Below, piece by piece: positions 62,212 to 64,000 of a DNA stretch of 64,000 bases (position 1 is its first letter; each line of letters begins with the position of its first letter). The position numbers were made by a program, and so were the translations under genes. Source of the DNA: an uncultured delta proteobacterium. Lineage in GTDB: Bacteria > Desulfobacterota > RBG-13-43-22. The notes beneath the pieces are model-generated. The model was not told the origin of the DNA, ran no database searches, and worked only from the letters and a program-made list of their open reading frames with translations. The stretch is taken from contig CAWBOS010000006.1 in the NCBI GenBank assembly GCA_963790475.1, positions 416,001-480,000 on the forward strand, read 5' to 3'.

Positions 62212-64000
62212 AACAGCTCCTTCACTTTTTTGATGATCGCTTCTTTGAATATTTGCTCATAGGCCAGAAGTTCCGCCGGGGTCCCGCTCTTGGGCATGCT
62301 CCTGACGGCCAGGGAGTGAATGACTATCTCCTCTCCGTCAAAAGCGCTCCTGACCGCTTCTCCCAAACCGCCTTCGGCATGATGATCTTCCACGGTGATG
62401 ATGCACCTGGTCTCTTGGGCCGCCTCTTTCAGGGTGGCCGAGTCCAGCGGCTTGATGCTGTAAAGATCGATGATGCGCAGGAAAAGATCTTCTTTTTTTA
62501 GTTCCTCGTAGGCCTGGAGGGCCTCGAATAGGGTGATGCCGGCCGCCACGATGGTCACTTTATCCTGAGGGCTTTTTTTCAGCACTTTTGATCCGCCAAT
62601 CGGGAACCGATCACTATTGGAATAAAGGATCGGTGTAGCCATGCGGGTGGTTCGAATATACACCAGGCCATAGTGGAGGGCCGCCTCCTCCACCAATCGT
62701 TCGGTGGATACCGCGTCGCTGGGATAGAGAACCACGCTGCCCAAAATGCTTCGGAACAGGGCGATATCTTCCAAACCCATTTGGGAAGGGCCGTCTTCGC
62801 CGATGGACACCCCGGCATGGGAGCCGCAAAATTTGATATTGGCGTTCGAATACTGGCTCATCCTGATCTGGTCGAAGGCCCGGGTAAAAAAGGCGGCAAA
62901 AGTGGAAAGGAAGGGGATTTCCCCTCTTGTCGAAAGACCCAGGGCAGTGCCCACCATATTTTGTTCAGCGATGTACATTTCAAAGAACCTATCCGGATAG
63001 TCTTTCTTAAATATTTCGGCATAGGTAGAATTACTGACTTCAGCGTCAAGAACAACCATATTGGGATAGCGAGGGAAAATCCGCTTCAAGGCTTGCCCGT
63101 AAGCCTTCCGGGTAGCTATGGGGGTATCAGTCGGATAGAAGGGCTCCTCGATTTTCCGGGCAATACTTCGGGCCGGTTTCAGGTCTTCCGGTTTGGCTAT
63201 CTCCCCCACGATAGTCTTGTCCACCTCGCCCAGTTCCTTCAGGGCTTGTTCCAGTTGCTCTTTAGACAACGTTTTTCCGTGCCAGCCGTTTTTATCTTCA
63301 ATAAAAGAAACCCCTTTCCCTTTGATGGTCCTGGCAATGATCATCACCGGTTTTTCTTTGGCATCCAGGGCCTGTTTATAAGCGGAAAGAATCGGTTCGA
63401 GATCATGGCCATCGATCAGGATGGTCTCCCAGCCGAAGGAAGCAATGCGGTCTCGATAGGCTGTCAGATCATGGCCATACATGGTTTCTCCCCGTTGACC
63501 GAGACGATTGACATCGATGATGCCGATAAGATGGTTCAATTTATAGTAGGCCCCGATCTCCATGGCCTCCCATAAGGAACCTTCGGCCATCTCACTATCG
63601 CCCATGAGGACATAAGTGTGGTAAGGGAGCTTATCCAGATATTGTCCGTTAAGGGCTATTCCCAGTCCGATGGACAGCCCTTGTCCGAGAGAACCGGTGG
63701 CCGCTTCGGCGTATCTAAAACTAGAGGTGGGGTGGCCTTCCAGGGGGCTGCCGAATTTTCTTAAGGACATCAATTCCTCCTCCGTGACCTGCCCGGCTGC
63801 TGCCCAAAGGGAGTAAAAGAGGGGAGAGGCGTGGCCTTTGGAGAAAATGAGACGATCGTTATTAGGATGGTCCGGTAACCGGACGTCATAATGAAAGATG
63901 CCGCTGAACAGTAAACCGGTCATCAAATCAGTGGCCGATAATGAGGAACTGGGATGGCCCGATCCGGCCTCCGTAGTAGAAACCAGAGAATAATAGCGAA
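62208..64000 (-). CDS. tkt: Transketolase (start lies beyond the window)
   Basis: SGHPSSS, SKGHA, GSLGQG, GDSEMAEG, IAEQNM, GEDGPSQ, VEDH. Confidence 0.95.
   Translation of the reverse strand, partial: RYYSLVSTTEAGSGHPSSSLSATDLMTGLLFSGIFHYDVRLPDHPNNDRLIFSKGHASPLFYSLWAAAGQVTEEELMSLRKFGSPLEGHPTSSFRYAEAATGSLGQGLSIGLGIALNGQYLDKLPYHTYVLMGDSEMAEGSLWEAMEIGAYYKLNHLIGIIDVNRLGQRGETMYGHDLTAYRDRIASFGWETILIDGHDLEPILSAYKQALDAKEKPVMIIARTIKGKGVSFIEDKNGWHGKTLSKEQLEQALKELGEVDKTIVGEIAKPEDLKPARSIARKIEEPFYPTDTPIATRKAYGQALKRIFPRYPNMVVLDAEVSNSTYAEIFKKDYPDRFFEMYIAEQNMVGTALGLSTRGEIPFLSTFAAFFTRAFDQIRMSQYSNANIKFCGSHAGVSIGEDGPSQMGLEDIALFRSILGSVVLYPSDAVSTERLVEEAALHYGLVYIRTTRMATPILYSNSDRFPIGGSKVLKKSPQDKVTIVAAGITLFEALQAYEELKKEDLFLRIIDLYSIKPLDSATLKEAAQETRCIITVEDHHAEGGLGEAVRSAFDGEEIVIHSLAVRSMPKSGTPAELLAYEQIFKEAIIKKVKELL

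Noticed and set aside
1-64000. CRISPR array, tRNA, rRNA, prophage or integrase
   Set aside because: No regularly spaced repeats, cloverleaf or rRNA signatures, and no phage or recombinase motifs were seen by eye. Not confirmed by software.

Overview
Bacterial window, probably from an anaerobic Desulfobacterota/deltaproteobacterium-like genome (inferred from gene content). From left to right: (1) 1-11.5 kb: Na/Pi cotransporter, frameshifted Zn-ribbon SAM methyltransferase, TAXI-TRAP transporter operon, an AT-rich Fe-S protein gene, an esterase, a complete IS1182-family element with a CTAG target duplication, and gene remnants. (2) 11.6-27.1 kb defence/DNA-processing island: type I R-M with an HTH-fused HsdM, RhuM-Fic, an M48/YgjP-like peptidase, a PHP-ABC-ATPase fusion and sbcDC. 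(3) 27.2-31.3 kb: a cytoplasmic molybdopterin enzyme coupled to AsrA/AsrB-like subunits. (4) 32.4-46.4 kb: qNor plus a sugar-phosphate/phosphoketolase cluster with many lesions, some real and some possibly sequencing errors. (5) 46.5-64 kb, minus strand: tkt-tal followed by a complete complex I (nuo) operon. The strongest leads are an in-frame UGA exactly at a [4Fe-4S] Cys ligand of NuoI followed by a weak SECIS-like hairpin, and a NuoF with a remodelled nucleotide-binding site. No rRNA, tRNA or CRISPR array was seen. All calls come from reading motifs by eye; no searches were run.
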